A stretch of DNA of 64,000 nt. Source: Waddliaceae bacterium. Lineage in GTDB: Bacteria; Chlamydiota; Chlamydiia; Chlamydiales; SLFE01. Below are positions 18,226 through 28,745 of this stretch, in pieces. Numbering within the stretch: position 1 is the first letter of the stretch; each line of letters begins with the position of its first letter. The notes under the pieces are model-generated. The model made no database searches. It was not told where the DNA came from and saw only the letters and a program-made list of their open reading frames with translations. The stretch lies in the NCBI GenBank assembly GCA_963783885.1, contig CAWAPJ010000008.1, forward strand, positions 96,001-160,000, read 5' to 3'. Both the position numbers and the translations under genes were made by a program.

Positions 18226-19365
18226 TTACTTCACCGGCTTTTTAAATGCCACACCGTAAAAGCCGTCCATTTCCCCTTTTTGGGGAAGGCTTTGAAACGG
18301 CTCGTCTGCGAGCTGAAGGCCGTAAGTGTTTAGAAAATGATCGAGCTGGTTTTGATTCTCTTCTTGCAGCAGGCTGCAGGTGGCATAGACGATATGGCCG
18401 CCCGGTTTGACAAAGCTGAGCCCGCGTTCAAAAATGACTCTTTGCTCGGCGGCCAGGCGCTCGAGCATTTCATTTGTGAACTTCCATTTCATATCGGGAT
18501 TCCGTCTCAGTGTCCCTGTTCCCGAGCAGGGGGCGTCGACTAAAACCCAGTCCATTTTTTTCTTCAGCTTGAAAAGCCTTTGCGATCCGGCATTGATGAC
18601 TTGCGCATTTTCCACTCCGGCCCTTCGAAGCCTTTTTTTTGCCTCTTGCAAAGCTCTTTTGCGAATGTCGTGAAGATATATTTGTCCCCGGTTTTTCATT
18701 TCTGCGGCAACAGCCAGAGATTTTCCTCCCGAGCCGGCGCAATAGTCCATAAACTGATCGCCGGGTTTTGCGCGGACCAGTTCGGCTAAAATTTGACTCC
18801 CTTCATCCTGAACTTCGAAATACCCTTTTTTAAATTCATCTAAGCTGAAGAAATTCATTTTTTTATCGAAAATGATACCGTTTCTTGATGTAGCTGCCTT
18901 TCTGACGGGAAGATCTTTCCACAATCTGAGAAGTTCGCATCGCGAGATTTTCAGAGTGTTTGCCCTCACGAAAGTCGGGGCCTGCCGATTAGACTGTAAG
19001 CAAAGCTCGACAGCTTTAACCTTTCCGAAAGAGAGGGTCAGGCGGTCGAAAAGATCTTTAGGAAAGCTAACGCAGCTGTGAAGCGGCAGCGATTCCCGAT
19101 AATAAAGAAGAGGATTTTCAAGACGGCCTTTCACACTTTGATATGTCTTCAGACGCTCTTCCCACGTCGTTTTTTGAGAAAGGGCGTCTAAAAGTCCCAG
19201 CCACCGAACCATATCATAGGCGGTTTGGGCGACAAAGGCGCGGTCTTTTGATCCCAATGCCTTATTGGAACGAAAGTAGTGATTCATCAGAAGATCGAGC
19301 GGCAAAGATTGCCGGCTATACTCGTCTAGCATTTGGAGGAGGTGAAATTGTCGAAATGGGATCAT
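18226..19365 (-). CDS. RsmB/NOP family RNA m5C methyltransferase
   Basis: EVQDEGSQ, DYCAGSGGKS, VDAPCSGTG and YATCS. Confidence 0.9.
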   Translation of the reverse strand: MIPFRQFHLLQMLDEYSRQSLPLDLLMNHYFRSNKALGSKDRAFVAQTAYDMVRWLGLLDALSQKTTWEERLKTYQSVKGRLENPLLYYRESLPLHSCVSFPKDLFDRLTLSFGKVKAVELCLQSNRQAPTFVRANTLKISRCELLRLWKDLPVRKAATSRNGIIFDKKMNFFSLDEFKKGYFEVQDEGSQILAELVRAKPGDQFMDYCAGSGGKSLAVAAEMKNRGQIYLHDIRKRALQEAKKRLRRAGVENAQVINAGSQRLFKLKKKMDWVLVDAPCSGTGTLRRNPDMKWKFTNEMLERLAAEQRVIFERGLSFVKPGGHIVYATCSLLQEENQNQLDHFLNTYGLQLADEPFQSLPQKGEMDGFYGVAFKKPVK

Positions 19366-19443
19366 GCATCCATTATAACAGAAAAGAATTATTGGCAAAT
19401 TAAACACTTGTGTGTAAATACTTATTTTTAAAAGGGGCCATCA

Positions 19444-20571
19444 ATGCAGCAGACCAATATTTATACAAAAAAGAATTCAGGCGACTATTTCAAGGACAAT
19501 TGCCGCGATAGTCTGACCGGAAAATTACTTGGGGAAGGGTTTGCATCTCATGTCTCCAATTTCAAAACCGAGGAAGTCGTCATTAATTTTGCAGACAAGT
19601 CCCTAATCGGCACGGTCAATGATAAAGAGTATGACAATTCTCCCATTTGCTCGCCAATCAATCTTTTTTGCTACTATCCCAAACAGCGTCTGCAAAATGT
19701 CAAACCTGGCTGGCTCAAACATCTTTTAACGGCCTTCACTTCGATGTTTTCCCTGGTTTTTAAAAAGGCGAAGTTTAACAGGGTTGTCCAAGTGAATAAT
19801 AAGCCTTCCGATGCAATTGCTTATCCCGGGCTCAGCTTGCGCGAGGTCCGAAACTGTTTGCAAAACCTTATTTCTCACTTTCCAAACCATGCGATTATTT
19901 TTCCCAGAATTGATAAAGTTTCTTCGAAAGAACTTTATGAAAATTTATTGAAGGCGGGATTTTGGATGGTGCCCACCCGCACCGCTCATATCTACTTTCC
20001 CGATGGCAGCCACTTCAAAAGAAGCCATACGAAAAGGGATTTTTCTTTTTTAAAAAAACAGGCCTACACATTTGTGCCGCATAAGCAGATTTTTGAAAAC
20101 GACCTTGAACGGATTCATGAGCTCTATCAATTGCTTTTTTTGGAGAAGCACAGCAGGGAGAATCCCGATCTGACACTCAAATTCTTTAAGGAAAGCCACC
20201 GGCACTGTTGGTACAATTTCTTCGGAATCAGAAATGAAGAGGGGATAATCGATGGATTTTTAGCCTATGAAGTTCAAGACGGGGTCATGGCCTGCGGCCC
20301 TTTGGGGTACGACACGTCGATGCCGCAGGACAAGGGGCTGTATCGAATGATATTCGCCCATAGCTTAAAAATCGCTGAGGAAAACGGCTGGATATATAAC
20401 TTTGGCGGGGGCAATGAAACCTTCAAAATGAATCGGGGAAGCCATCGTGCAATCGGATATACTGCCGTTTATTGCAAGCACCTTCCTCTCTATCGACGGT
20501 TCCCCTGGTGGGTTCTCGGCAGGCTGGGTCATAAAATCACCGTCAAAATCTTAAAGTCCGTTTTGTTCTAA
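19444..20571 (+). CDS. GNAT-fold (FemAB-like) hypothetical protein
   Basis: C-terminal GYDTSMPQDKGLYR and NFGGGNETFKMNRG resemble acetyltransferase-fold proteins. Confidence 0.5.
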   Translation: MQQTNIYTKKNSGDYFKDNCRDSLTGKLLGEGFASHVSNFKTEEVVINFADKSLIGTVNDKEYDNSPICSPINLFCYYPKQRLQNVKPGWLKHLLTAFTSMFSLVFKKAKFNRVVQVNNKPSDAIAYPGLSLREVRNCLQNLISHFPNHAIIFPRIDKVSSKELYENLLKAGFWMVPTRTAHIYFPDGSHFKRSHTKRDFSFLKKQAYTFVPHKQIFENDLERIHELYQLLFLEKHSRENPDLTLKFFKESHRHCWYNFFGIRNEEGIIDGFLAYEVQDGVMACGPLGYDTSMPQDKGLYRMIFAHSLKIAEENGWIYNFGGGNETFKMNRGSHRAIGYTAVYCKHLPLYRRFPWWVLGRLGHKITVKILKSVLF

Positions 20572-20606
20572 CAATTTAATTACAAGCTCTTCTATAGTAA
20601 ACAGAC

Positions 20607-21953
20607 ATGGAAGCGAAACTGACCAACGGTCCTGTCGGCAGAACTTTAATGAGGCTCACAAGCCCTATGGTATGGGGTCTGCTGGCTGTCATCTCGCTTA
20701 ACCTCGTCGACACGTATTTCGTCGCCAGGCTCGGTACAAAAGAACTTGCCGCGGTCAGTTTTACTTTTCCCATTGTGATGATTTTAATGAACCTGACGCT
20801 CGGCCTTTCAATCGGCGCCGGCTCCGTCATTTCCCGTGCCATAGGCGGGGGAGACAAAGAGAGAGTCAAGAGACTGACATCCGACAGCCTCATTTTTGTT
20901 TTCTGTCTTATGTTGGTTTTGATGTATCTCGGACAGATTTCAATCAGTCTTCTTTTCGGCCTTATGAACGCACCGCAGGATCTCCTCCCTTACATCCAGT
21001 CTTATATGAGGATCTGGTATTACGGGCTTCCGCTTATGGCAGTGCCGATCATCGGTAATGCAGCCATCAACGCCACTGGCGATATGAAGCTTCCCGGATT
21101 GATGATGCTGGCCGCCGCACTCATCAATCTCATTATGGATCCTTTGCTGATCTTTGGCTATTGGGGATTTCCACGACTCGAAGTTGCCGGAGCTGCGCTG
21201 GCGACTCTGATATCGTATGGGACGGCCTTTTGTATTTCTCTTTTGGATCTTAGGTTAAGGAAGAAGATGCTGACCTTTCACCTTAAATTCTCTGAAATGA
21301 TCGAATCCTGGAAAGACCTTCTTCGGGTAGGGCTTCCCGCCGCCGCTTCGCAAATGATTGTCCCTTTGACCAGTTCGATTACGGTATGGATGCTGGGATT
21401 TTTTGGTCCGGCCGTAGTCGCGGGGTATGGGGTTGTTTCCAGGCTTGAGGCTTTTTCTTTAATCGTTGTAATCGGCATGGCAACCAGTTTGTCTGCCTTC
21501 GTCGGCCAGAATTGGGGAGCAGGGCATTACCAGAGAGCCTTGAGGGGAATTAGGATCGGGTATGTGTTTGCCGTTTTGTGGGGGCTGATCATTGCGTTTG
21601 TCCTTTTTATGGGTTCACAGTTTCTCCCTAAATTTTTCAATCCCGATCCCGACGTTGCCGGAACTGTGGCTCAATATCTCCTTTACGTCCCTTTAAGCTA
21701 CTGCGCTGCAGGGAGCCTTTTTGTGACCAATTCCTATCTGAATGCTATCGGAAAATCGCATGCCGTGGCGATTATCTCTTTGCTCAGGTATTTTGTGCTC
21801 TATCTCCCTCTCGCCATACTCGCCATGTCCTATATCGGCCCCATAGGGATTTTCGGGGTCATCTCTCTGGTCAATTTCGTTGCCGGAATCGGGGCTTATT
21901 TTTGGGGAAAGAGCTTCCTGGCCAAAAAGATTGATCTGCTTGCCTCTTCTTGA
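20607..21953 (+). CDS. MATE family efflux transporter
   Basis: NLVDTYFVARLG, NLIMDPLLIFG and GQNWGAG. Confidence 0.92.
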   Translation: MEAKLTNGPVGRTLMRLTSPMVWGLLAVISLNLVDTYFVARLGTKELAAVSFTFPIVMILMNLTLGLSIGAGSVISRAIGGGDKERVKRLTSDSLIFVFCLMLVLMYLGQISISLLFGLMNAPQDLLPYIQSYMRIWYYGLPLMAVPIIGNAAINATGDMKLPGLMMLAAALINLIMDPLLIFGYWGFPRLEVAGAALATLISYGTAFCISLLDLRLRKKMLTFHLKFSEMIESWKDLLRVGLPAAASQMIVPLTSSITVWMLGFFGPAVVAGYGVVSRLEAFSLIVVIGMATSLSAFVGQNWGAGHYQRALRGIRIGYVFAVLWGLIIAFVLFMGSQFLPKFFNPDPDVAGTVAQYLLYVPLSYCAAGSLFVTNSYLNAIGKSHAVAIISLLRYFVLYLPLAILAMSYIGPIGIFGVISLVNFVAGIGAYFWGKSFLAKKIDLLASS

Positions 21954-21985
21954 TATAATGATAACTTTCTTTAGGGAGGAAATGA

Positions 21986-22384
21986 ATGAAATTTTTTCAA
22001 TCGATACTGATGCTTATCGCACGAATTGCGATCAGCGTCATCTTTTTTGCCGCGGCATATGATAAAATTACCCATTGGGAGACGACAATCAGCGATATGG
22101 CCTTAAAAGGAATCGGGCAGACATCTATATTTTTATTTTTAGCTTGCATGATCGAATTTATTGGCGGGCTTTCTCTTGTCTTCGGGTTTAAAATTCGATG
22201 GGCCGCCGGGATATTAGCTTTATTTTTAATTCCCGTAACTCTCTTATTCCATAATTTTTGGAGTTACAGCGGAGCCGAAGCCAGTCTGCAAATGATTATG
22301 TTCATGAAAAATCTTGCCATATTCGGAGGGCTTCTCTACGTGTTGGTATCCGGCGCAGGATTCCTCTCTGTTGATAAAAAATGA
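21986..22384 (+). CDS. DoxX family membrane protein
   Basis: ARIAISVIF, FHNFW and FMKNLAIFGGLL. Confidence 0.88.
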   Translation: MKFFQSILMLIARIAISVIFFAAAYDKITHWETTISDMALKGIGQTSIFLFLACMIEFIGGLSLVFGFKIRWAAGILALFLIPVTLLFHNFWSYSGAEASLQMIMFMKNLAIFGGLLYVLVSGAGFLSVDKK

Positions 22385-24009
22385 CAACAATTTTATTTGT
22401 TTTATCCTTTTTGATAGCTGCCTTCGGGCAGCCTAACTTGATTCCCTGGATCGGCCTCATAGCCGCAATTTGCGGTTTCACCCTCTTTTTTCGTCTTCTG
22501 CTCGAGATACCCTCCTGGAAAAAGCGGTTTTGGCTGGGAACGCTGTGGTTTTCTCTCGTTCAGATGGTTCAGCTCTACTGGTCGCTTGGGCATCCCTTTT
22601 ATTATATTTATCTTGCCTACGCCCTCCACGTTTTTTTTCTCGGGCTGCAATTCGGCATTCTTTCCCTTTTCATAACACCTGAGAAAATCCGGAAAATTCG
22701 CTTTATCTTAGGGCTTTCGGGATTATGGGTTCTTTTCGAATGGTCACGCCTTTATTTTTTTTCGGGCCACCCCTGGAATCCTGTCGGTCTTTCCCTTAGC
22801 AGCAGTCTTTATGCGCGTCAGTTCGCTTCGTTCTGGGGAATTTACGGGCTGACCTTTTGGGTGATGCTTGTCAATCTGTTCTGTTTGAGAGCCTGGTATC
22901 GTTTCAATCTTTCCGGATGGGTCTCGGCCGCAGCTTTAGTCCTTGTTCCTTATCTTTACGGATTTATCCACCTCCAAACTCATTCTTTACAGGATCATGA
23001 AAACCTCACAAAAGTCGCTCTCATTCAAACCAACTTTCCCATTGAAGAATCTTTAGGCAAAGATAAAAACGACTTTTTTTCTCTGATTAAAAGCGAATGG
23101 CGCCAGATACTTGAACTGGGAAAAAAAGTTCAGGGCAAAAATGTCGATCTTATTGTTCTTCCTGAGCTTGTCGTTCCTTACGGCACCTATTTTCTCGTTT
23201 TCGACTATGAGGAAACTGTTCAGGCGTTTCGGGAAATTTTAGGTCCTGAGGCCGTCGAAAAACTTCCAGAAAAACGGCAGCATCTTGCTATGGAGGTTGA
23301 TGGAAAGTGGCTGGTTAACAATGCCTTTTGGGTTCAGGGGCTTGCCAACGCTTTAGAGGCGAATGTGATAGCAGGCCTCGAAGACCGCGATTATCTGGCT
23401 GAAGGGGAGTATCGAAATTACACTGCAGCTTATATGTTCAAACCCCAAAGATATTCCCTTCAACGTTATGAAAAAAGGGTTCTTGTTCCCATGGGGGAAT
23501 ACATCCCCTTCGCTTTTCTCCGGGATCTTGCGGCAAAATATGGAGTGTCGGGATCTTTTTGCTGCGGAAAATCTGCTAAAGTTTTCCACGGCTGCAAAGT
23601 TCCTCTTGGCATTTCCATCTGTTATGAGGAAACCCTAGGCCATATGATGCGCGAAAATCGCCTGCAGGGAGCCGAAATGCTTGTCAATATCACAAACGAC
23701 GGATGGTTTCCCGATAAAGGGTTGGCAAAAAGCCATCTTGAACATGCAAGACTCCGCCCTGTTGAAATGGGCATTCCACTAATCCGCTCCTGTAATACCG
23801 GGGTGACCTGTGCTATAGACTCCTTTGGACAGGATATCGCTGTGCTTGGATCCACACCGTATGAACAGGAACACGCGCAAGATGTTTTGATCGCCGATGT
23901 TCCCGCATACACATACCGGACTCCCTATACATGGTTTGGGGATCACCTGATCATCGCACTGAGCGCGGTACTTTTTGCCTTCGCTGTTTGCAGCGGTCTA
24001 TTCAAATAG
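22381..24009 (+). CDS. lnt: Apolipoprotein N-acyltransferase
   Basis: LPE, YEKRVLVPMGEYIP, ICYE and TNDGWF. Confidence 0.92.
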   Translation: MTTILFVLSFLIAAFGQPNLIPWIGLIAAICGFTLFFRLLLEIPSWKKRFWLGTLWFSLVQMVQLYWSLGHPFYYIYLAYALHVFFLGLQFGILSLFITPEKIRKIRFILGLSGLWVLFEWSRLYFFSGHPWNPVGLSLSSSLYARQFASFWGIYGLTFWVMLVNLFCLRAWYRFNLSGWVSAAALVLVPYLYGFIHLQTHSLQDHENLTKVALIQTNFPIEESLGKDKNDFFSLIKSEWRQILELGKKVQGKNVDLIVLPELVVPYGTYFLVFDYEETVQAFREILGPEAVEKLPEKRQHLAMEVDGKWLVNNAFWVQGLANALEANVIAGLEDRDYLAEGEYRNYTAAYMFKPQRYSLQRYEKRVLVPMGEYIPFAFLRDLAAKYGVSGSFCCGKSAKVFHGCKVPLGISICYEETLGHMMRENRLQGAEMLVNITNDGWFPDKGLAKSHLEHARLRPVEMGIPLIRSCNTGVTCAIDSFGQDIAVLGSTPYEQEHAQDVLIADVPAYTYRTPYTWFGDHLIIALSAVLFAFAVCSGLFK

Positions 24010-24071
24010 GTTGCTCAAAATCGGATTTTTACCTATTATTACCTCTTTTAGACACTATTATTAGCTTTTAC

Positions 24072-24953
24072 GTGGTAGTTTTAGATCCAGAATTAGAAAT
24101 CCTTACACGAAACCAGCGAACACTTTCACAGCCGGTTGAATATTCGGGTATCGGCATTCATTCAGGAAAGGAGGTGACAATTCGGTTTTGTCCGGCTGAA
24201 CCCGGAACCGGTGTCTTCTTTCAAAGGATCGATCTGCCCGGAGAGCCGACGATCAAAGCCTCTGTTGATAATGTCATCGACACGACAAGAAGCACTACGA
24301 TAGGGGGATTGGGAGTCTTTGTCAGTACTGTCGAACATGTTCTTGCGGCGATCAAAGCCTATGATATAGACAATGTTTTGATACAAGTATCGGATAAAGA
24401 GCCTCCAATAGACGATGGAAGTTCGCAGATTTTTGTCGATATGATCGAAAAGAGCGGCATCAAGCAGCAAAATCAACCGGCTCCGATCATTAAAATCAAA
24501 CATCCGGTTTATTGGTCCCGCGGCGACGCCCACCTAGTCGCCCTCCCGTACGAGGGGTTCAGGGTCAGCTACTCGCTGCACTATCCTGACGACAAAGCTC
24601 TTCAAAATCAATTCTTTTCCTCATTAATCACTCCGGAAAATTTTAAAAACAACATGGCTTGCTGCCGCACTTTTTCCCGGTACGCCGAGTTGGAGTATCT
24701 GATTGACCGCGGATTGATCAAAGGGGGAAGCATGGCAAATACACTTGTTGTCAAAGATAATGTTGTTTTCAGCAAAGGGGGGCTTCATATAAAGAACGAA
24801 ATGGCCGGGCATAAAGCCCTGGACCTGGTTGGAGATTTAAGCCTTCTCGGCTATAGTTTATACGCCCATGTGATTGGATACCGGACAGGACATGAAGCGA
24901 ATGTTTTATTTGCCAAAGAATTACTTAATTCCATTATGACGGAGAAAAAATAA
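24072..24953 (+). CDS. lpxC: UDP-3-O-acyl-GlcNAc deacetylase
   Basis: QRTL..., GIGIHSG, STVEH and HKALDLVGDL. The start is approximate (GTG 24072). Confidence 0.93.
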   Translation: MVVLDPELEILTRNQRTLSQPVEYSGIGIHSGKEVTIRFCPAEPGTGVFFQRIDLPGEPTIKASVDNVIDTTRSTTIGGLGVFVSTVEHVLAAIKAYDIDNVLIQVSDKEPPIDDGSSQIFVDMIEKSGIKQQNQPAPIIKIKHPVYWSRGDAHLVALPYEGFRVSYSLHYPDDKALQNQFFSSLITPENFKNNMACCRTFSRYAELEYLIDRGLIKGGSMANTLVVKDNVVFSKGGLHIKNEMAGHKALDLVGDLSLLGYSLYAHVIGYRTGHEANVLFAKELLNSIMTEKK

Positions 24954-25420
24954 TGGCGGTTAACACACATAAAGATATTCCAAAAGAGCTTAGCTATAAG
25001 GAGATTTTGAACATCCTTCCCCATCGCTACCCTTTTCTGCTTGTTGATAAGGTTATAGATGTGAATCTGGAGGAAAGACTGATCGTAGGTCAAAAGAATA
25101 CCAGTATAAATGAACAGTTTTTCCAGGGGCATTTTCCCGATATGCCTATAATGCCTGGGGTCCTCATCCTGGAAGCTCTCGCTCAAACGGGGGGAATATA
25201 TATTTACCTCAAAGGATACGATAAACTTTGCGCCCTGCTCAATATCAATAACGCAAAATTCCGCAGTCCTGTCACTCCCGGCGATATTTTAACTCTTCAT
25301 GTCTCAGAAAAACACCTAAGCGGAAAAGGAGGTAAATTTCAGGGGCGGGCTATGGTGGGCGAAAAATTAGCCGCCGAAGCAGAAATTGGTTGCGTTTTGA
25401 TAGAAAAAGATACAATTTAG
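24953..25420 (+). CDS. fabZ: 3-hydroxyacyl-ACP dehydratase
   Basis: LPHRYPFLLVD and FFQGHFP...MPGVLILEALAQ. Confidence 0.96.
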   Translation: MAVNTHKDIPKELSYKEILNILPHRYPFLLVDKVIDVNLEERLIVGQKNTSINEQFFQGHFPDMPIMPGVLILEALAQTGGIYIYLKGYDKLCALLNINNAKFRSPVTPGDILTLHVSEKHLSGKGGKFQGRAMVGEKLAAEAEIGCVLIEKDTI

Positions 25421-25447
25421 GATTTAAATCGTTAAAAAGAGAGTAAT

Positions 25448-26320
25448 ATGACTCAAGCTAGGATTCACCCGGCCGCTTATGTTGAAGAGGGGGCCAAAAT
25501 TGGAAAAAATGTCACGATAGAACCTTACGCTGTCATCAAAAAAGATGTCGAAATTGGAGATAATGTCCTCATCAAATCCCATGCCTATATTGAAGGACTG
25601 ACCAAGATAGGGGAAGGTACTGTCATTTACCCGGGAGCCAGCATCGGCTGCCCGCCTCAAGCTATCAGATATCGCGGTGAAAAATCGGTGATTGAAATCG
25701 GCAAAAATTGCCAGATTAGAGAATATGTCACAATCAATTCTTCACTTGGAAGCGATTCCATAGTCCATATAGGTGACAACTGCATGATTATGGCTTATTG
25801 CCATCTGGCTCACAATAGCTGGCTAGGGGATCATGTCATAATGAGCAACAACGCCGCATTGTCCGGGCACGTTGTCATTGAAGATCACGCCATTATCGGC
25901 GGAAAAACCGCCATTCACCAGTATGTCCGCATAGGCAAATACGCGATGATCGGCGGGTTCAGCCCTATCGGCCAGGATGTTCCGCCATTTACTATCGGGC
26001 GAGGGGAACCTTTCAGGTTCGGCGGACTCAATTTAGTCGGCTTAAAGCGTCACGGGTTTCCCATTGAGACTCGAAGGGAGCTCAGCCGGGCTTTCCGTTT
26101 GATTTACCGCTCTAAACTTAAGCTGGATGAAGCCTTGAGCCGCATTCAAACCGAATTGGAGCCTTTGCCAGAAATTAAATATTGGCTTGAATTCTGCAAA
26201 ACTTCCAAGCGCGGTTTGATCGGTCTTGGCGGTGTTCACAAAAATCAAAACATTCACAGCGATTACTACCTCGAAGACGAGCTCGAAGAAGTAGGTGAGT
26301 GTATGGCAACCTCTGTATAG
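25448..26320 (+). CDS. lpxA: UDP-GlcNAc O-acyltransferase
   Basis: Hexapeptide repeats, HLAHN, HQYVRIG and GLNLVGLKR. Confidence 0.95.
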   Translation: MTQARIHPAAYVEEGAKIGKNVTIEPYAVIKKDVEIGDNVLIKSHAYIEGLTKIGEGTVIYPGASIGCPPQAIRYRGEKSVIEIGKNCQIREYVTINSSLGSDSIVHIGDNCMIMAYCHLAHNSWLGDHVIMSNNAALSGHVVIEDHAIIGGKTAIHQYVRIGKYAMIGGFSPIGQDVPPFTIGRGEPFRFGGLNLVGLKRHGFPIETRRELSRAFRLIYRSKLKLDEALSRIQTELEPLPEIKYWLEFCKTSKRGLIGLGGVHKNQNIHSDYYLEDELEEVGECMATSV

Positions 26321-26328
26321 AAGTTTTC

Positions 26329-27276
26329 ATGAAGATCGTTTTTTTCGGCACGCCTGTATTTGCAGCAAAAACCCTTGAGTATTTGATTGATCAGGGAGTC
26401 GAGGTTGCAGCGGTTGTTACAAAACCCGACAAGCCAAAGGGGAGATCGGGCCGTCCATTGCCGCCGCCTGTCAAAACAGTCGCACAGGAAAAAATCCCCG
26501 ATGTTTCTGTTTTCCAACCTCAAAAAGCTTCATCTCCCGAATTTATCAGGACTCTGTCCCATTTTTCGGCAGATGTTTTTGTTGTCGTCGCCTATGGGGA
26601 AATCATGAAGCAGGAGCTGCTCGATATGCCAAAGCTTGCCTGTGTCAACGTCCACGCCAGCCTCCTTCCTAAATACCGGGGCGCAGCGCCTATCCAACAG
26701 GCTATCATCAGCGGAGAAAAAGAATCCGGAGTGACGATCATGTACATGGTCAAAAAACTCGATGCCGGCCCTATGATCAAACAGGCAAAAGTCAAGATCG
26801 GCCCCAATATGACCGCCGGAGAGCTGCATGATCTGCTTCAGCAGGCCGGCGCCGAAATCCTTGTGGCGGCGCTCAAGGAAATGGACCGCGGTGTCATAAC
26901 CGAGGTTCCTCAAGACGACTCGCTTGCCACATACGCAAAAAAAATCGAACCTGAGGACTGCCGGGTGTATTGGGAGAAATCGGCCCGCAGCCTATTCAAT
27001 TTGATCAGGGGAACCGCTCCTGTTCCCGGCGCTTGGTGTCCTGTCCTCATAAAAGGGGAGCAAAAGCGGATGAAAATCTTATCCGCCAGAGTTGTTCAAG
27101 GGTACACAGAAACTCCCGGCAACATACTCGCCTATGGGCCGGACGGTATTATTGTCGCCTGTGGCGAGGAGTCACTTCGACTTCTTGAGCTTAAGCTTGA
27201 AGGTAAAAAATCCATGACTGCCGAAGAATTTGCGCGCGGAATCCCGCAAAAAGATATTCAATTTATTTCTCCTTAG
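26329..27276 (+). CDS. fmt: Methionyl-tRNA formyltransferase
   Basis: MKIVFFGTP, NVHASLLPKYRGAAPI and LDAG. Confidence 0.96.
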   Translation: MKIVFFGTPVFAAKTLEYLIDQGVEVAAVVTKPDKPKGRSGRPLPPPVKTVAQEKIPDVSVFQPQKASSPEFIRTLSHFSADVFVVVAYGEIMKQELLDMPKLACVNVHASLLPKYRGAAPIQQAIISGEKESGVTIMYMVKKLDAGPMIKQAKVKIGPNMTAGELHDLLQQAGAEILVAALKEMDRGVITEVPQDDSLATYAKKIEPEDCRVYWEKSARSLFNLIRGTAPVPGAWCPVLIKGEQKRMKILSARVVQGYTETPGNILAYGPDGIIVACGEESLRLLELKLEGKKSMTAEEFARGIPQKDIQFISP

Positions 27277-27292
27277 TATATGATCGCTTCCA

Positions 27293-27895
27293 ATGATGAA
27301 TATATCGAGCTTGATCACACGCATTCCCACTATTTTTAATAACCATGCTCCGAAAGGAGCGCTAGTGGCGGTGCTCGACATCACCCAAAAGGTCTTGCTG
27401 CTTGCTTTGAAATATATCGGTCCTATCCGGCAGAGCGGTTTCTTTATTATGGGAGGGCAGGATCTCTTTTTAGGAGCCAAAAAAACCATTCGCCGCTGGA
27501 AGCATATAGGCAGGGATGCAAAAGTCACCCGAGCCTTCTGTAAAGTCTTAGCCGGCTCCACTCTCATTATGTCTGGCATTTTCGGTCTTTGGTCTTCGCT
27601 CGATTTTATTAAAAAGGGTTTCAATACATCTTTGAATCACCAACTCTTCGCCGCCAGCAATATCTTTTTTCTGTTTTCCAGCATATTAAGACTGAAGACA
27701 TGTCTCGACGATTACCTGGAAGCAAAAAACCAACCTGCGGAAATTTCCGCCATGATGGGAATCGGCGCCAACTTGTATTACATCATCGCCGCCTCTTTGA
27801 TGCTTTTCACTGCTCCCACCGCTTTTGTCATCATCCTCTGCTGCGTTGGAACTGCAACATCGTTTCTGCAAGCGATATACGACTTTTCTCATTGA
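27293..27895 (+). CDS. Hypothetical membrane protein
   Basis: 200-aa ORF with several hydrophobic helices and no recognised motif. Confidence 0.55.
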   Translation: MMNISSLITRIPTIFNNHAPKGALVAVLDITQKVLLLALKYIGPIRQSGFFIMGGQDLFLGAKKTIRRWKHIGRDAKVTRAFCKVLAGSTLIMSGIFGLWSSLDFIKKGFNTSLNHQLFAASNIFFLFSSILRLKTCLDDYLEAKNQPAEISAMMGIGANLYYIIAASLMLFTAPTAFVIILCCVGTATSFLQAIYDFSH

Positions 27896-27956
27896 TTATT
27901 TTCGCATTTCTGTGCTAATGTCTCCTTCAAAACTTTCAACTTCAAGGCGGAAAACT

Positions 27957-28745
27957 ATGTCATCATCACCTGCACTATCGAGTTGTCTTTATAACGGCAT
28001 TAAAGAATACATGGGTTCCCAACAGGGAATGTACGACGCCATCCAAGGCTTAGGTCTTTTTTGTGGAACAGTTCCCTTATTTAGCGGTTTAAACGAAATC
28101 GTTCAAGATCACTTAAGCTTACAGGATGCCTTCCAGATGCTTCCCGACAGCATGGATGCTCTTGCGGATCTGAAAAAGAGCTTCAGCGATTTTGGAAAGC
28201 AAGACGGCATTTTGAACAAATTAAAAAGCATCAAGTTCGATTTCCTTTCCATTGTGTTGAATGCAAGCGTATTGACTTTAGACGGGCTCACTATTGTCGC
28301 AGTTTGCAGCGCGGCAAAACTTATGGATTTCGGCAAGCTGGCATCAGGCATCGGGGCCTTTCAAATATTTGGCATCGCTCCTTTGGCATTTGTGGCTAAA
28401 ATTGCTCTTAGTCCCGCAATACGCGTCGTCTATATTGTTGTCCTCACCTCAAGTACACTTTTAGAGATCCGAAAAATAGCAGCGGCAAAAGGAGGACATG
28501 AAGCCAAAAGGCTGGAAAACAGTCAAATCCGTCGTGAGGCTCAATTCAAAATCTCAAGAAATGTCACAAGAATCGCACTTCAGGTTCTGGCGCTCTCAGC
28601 TCTTGCAAATCCCATCCTTTTAGTCGGCATGGGTGCGGTGGCCGCGATTACAGGGACGGCAGAAGGAGTGATGAAGACTAATGCCATGAGGAAATACTTC
28701 AATCCTGACTACAATTCCACCCCCACATATGCTCCCAGAACATAA
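27957..28745 (+). CDS. Hypothetical hydrophobic protein, possible inclusion-membrane/secreted protein
   Basis: Ser-rich N-terminus (MSSSPALSS) and long hydrophobic segments; start uncertain. Confidence 0.5.
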   Translation: MSSSPALSSCLYNGIKEYMGSQQGMYDAIQGLGLFCGTVPLFSGLNEIVQDHLSLQDAFQMLPDSMDALADLKKSFSDFGKQDGILNKLKSIKFDFLSIVLNASVLTLDGLTIVAVCSAAKLMDFGKLASGIGAFQIFGIAPLAFVAKIALSPAIRVVYIVVLTSSTLLEIRKIAAAKGGHEAKRLENSQIRREAQFKISRNVTRIALQVLALSALANPILLVGMGAVAAITGTAEGVMKTNAMRKYFNPDYNSTPTYAPRT

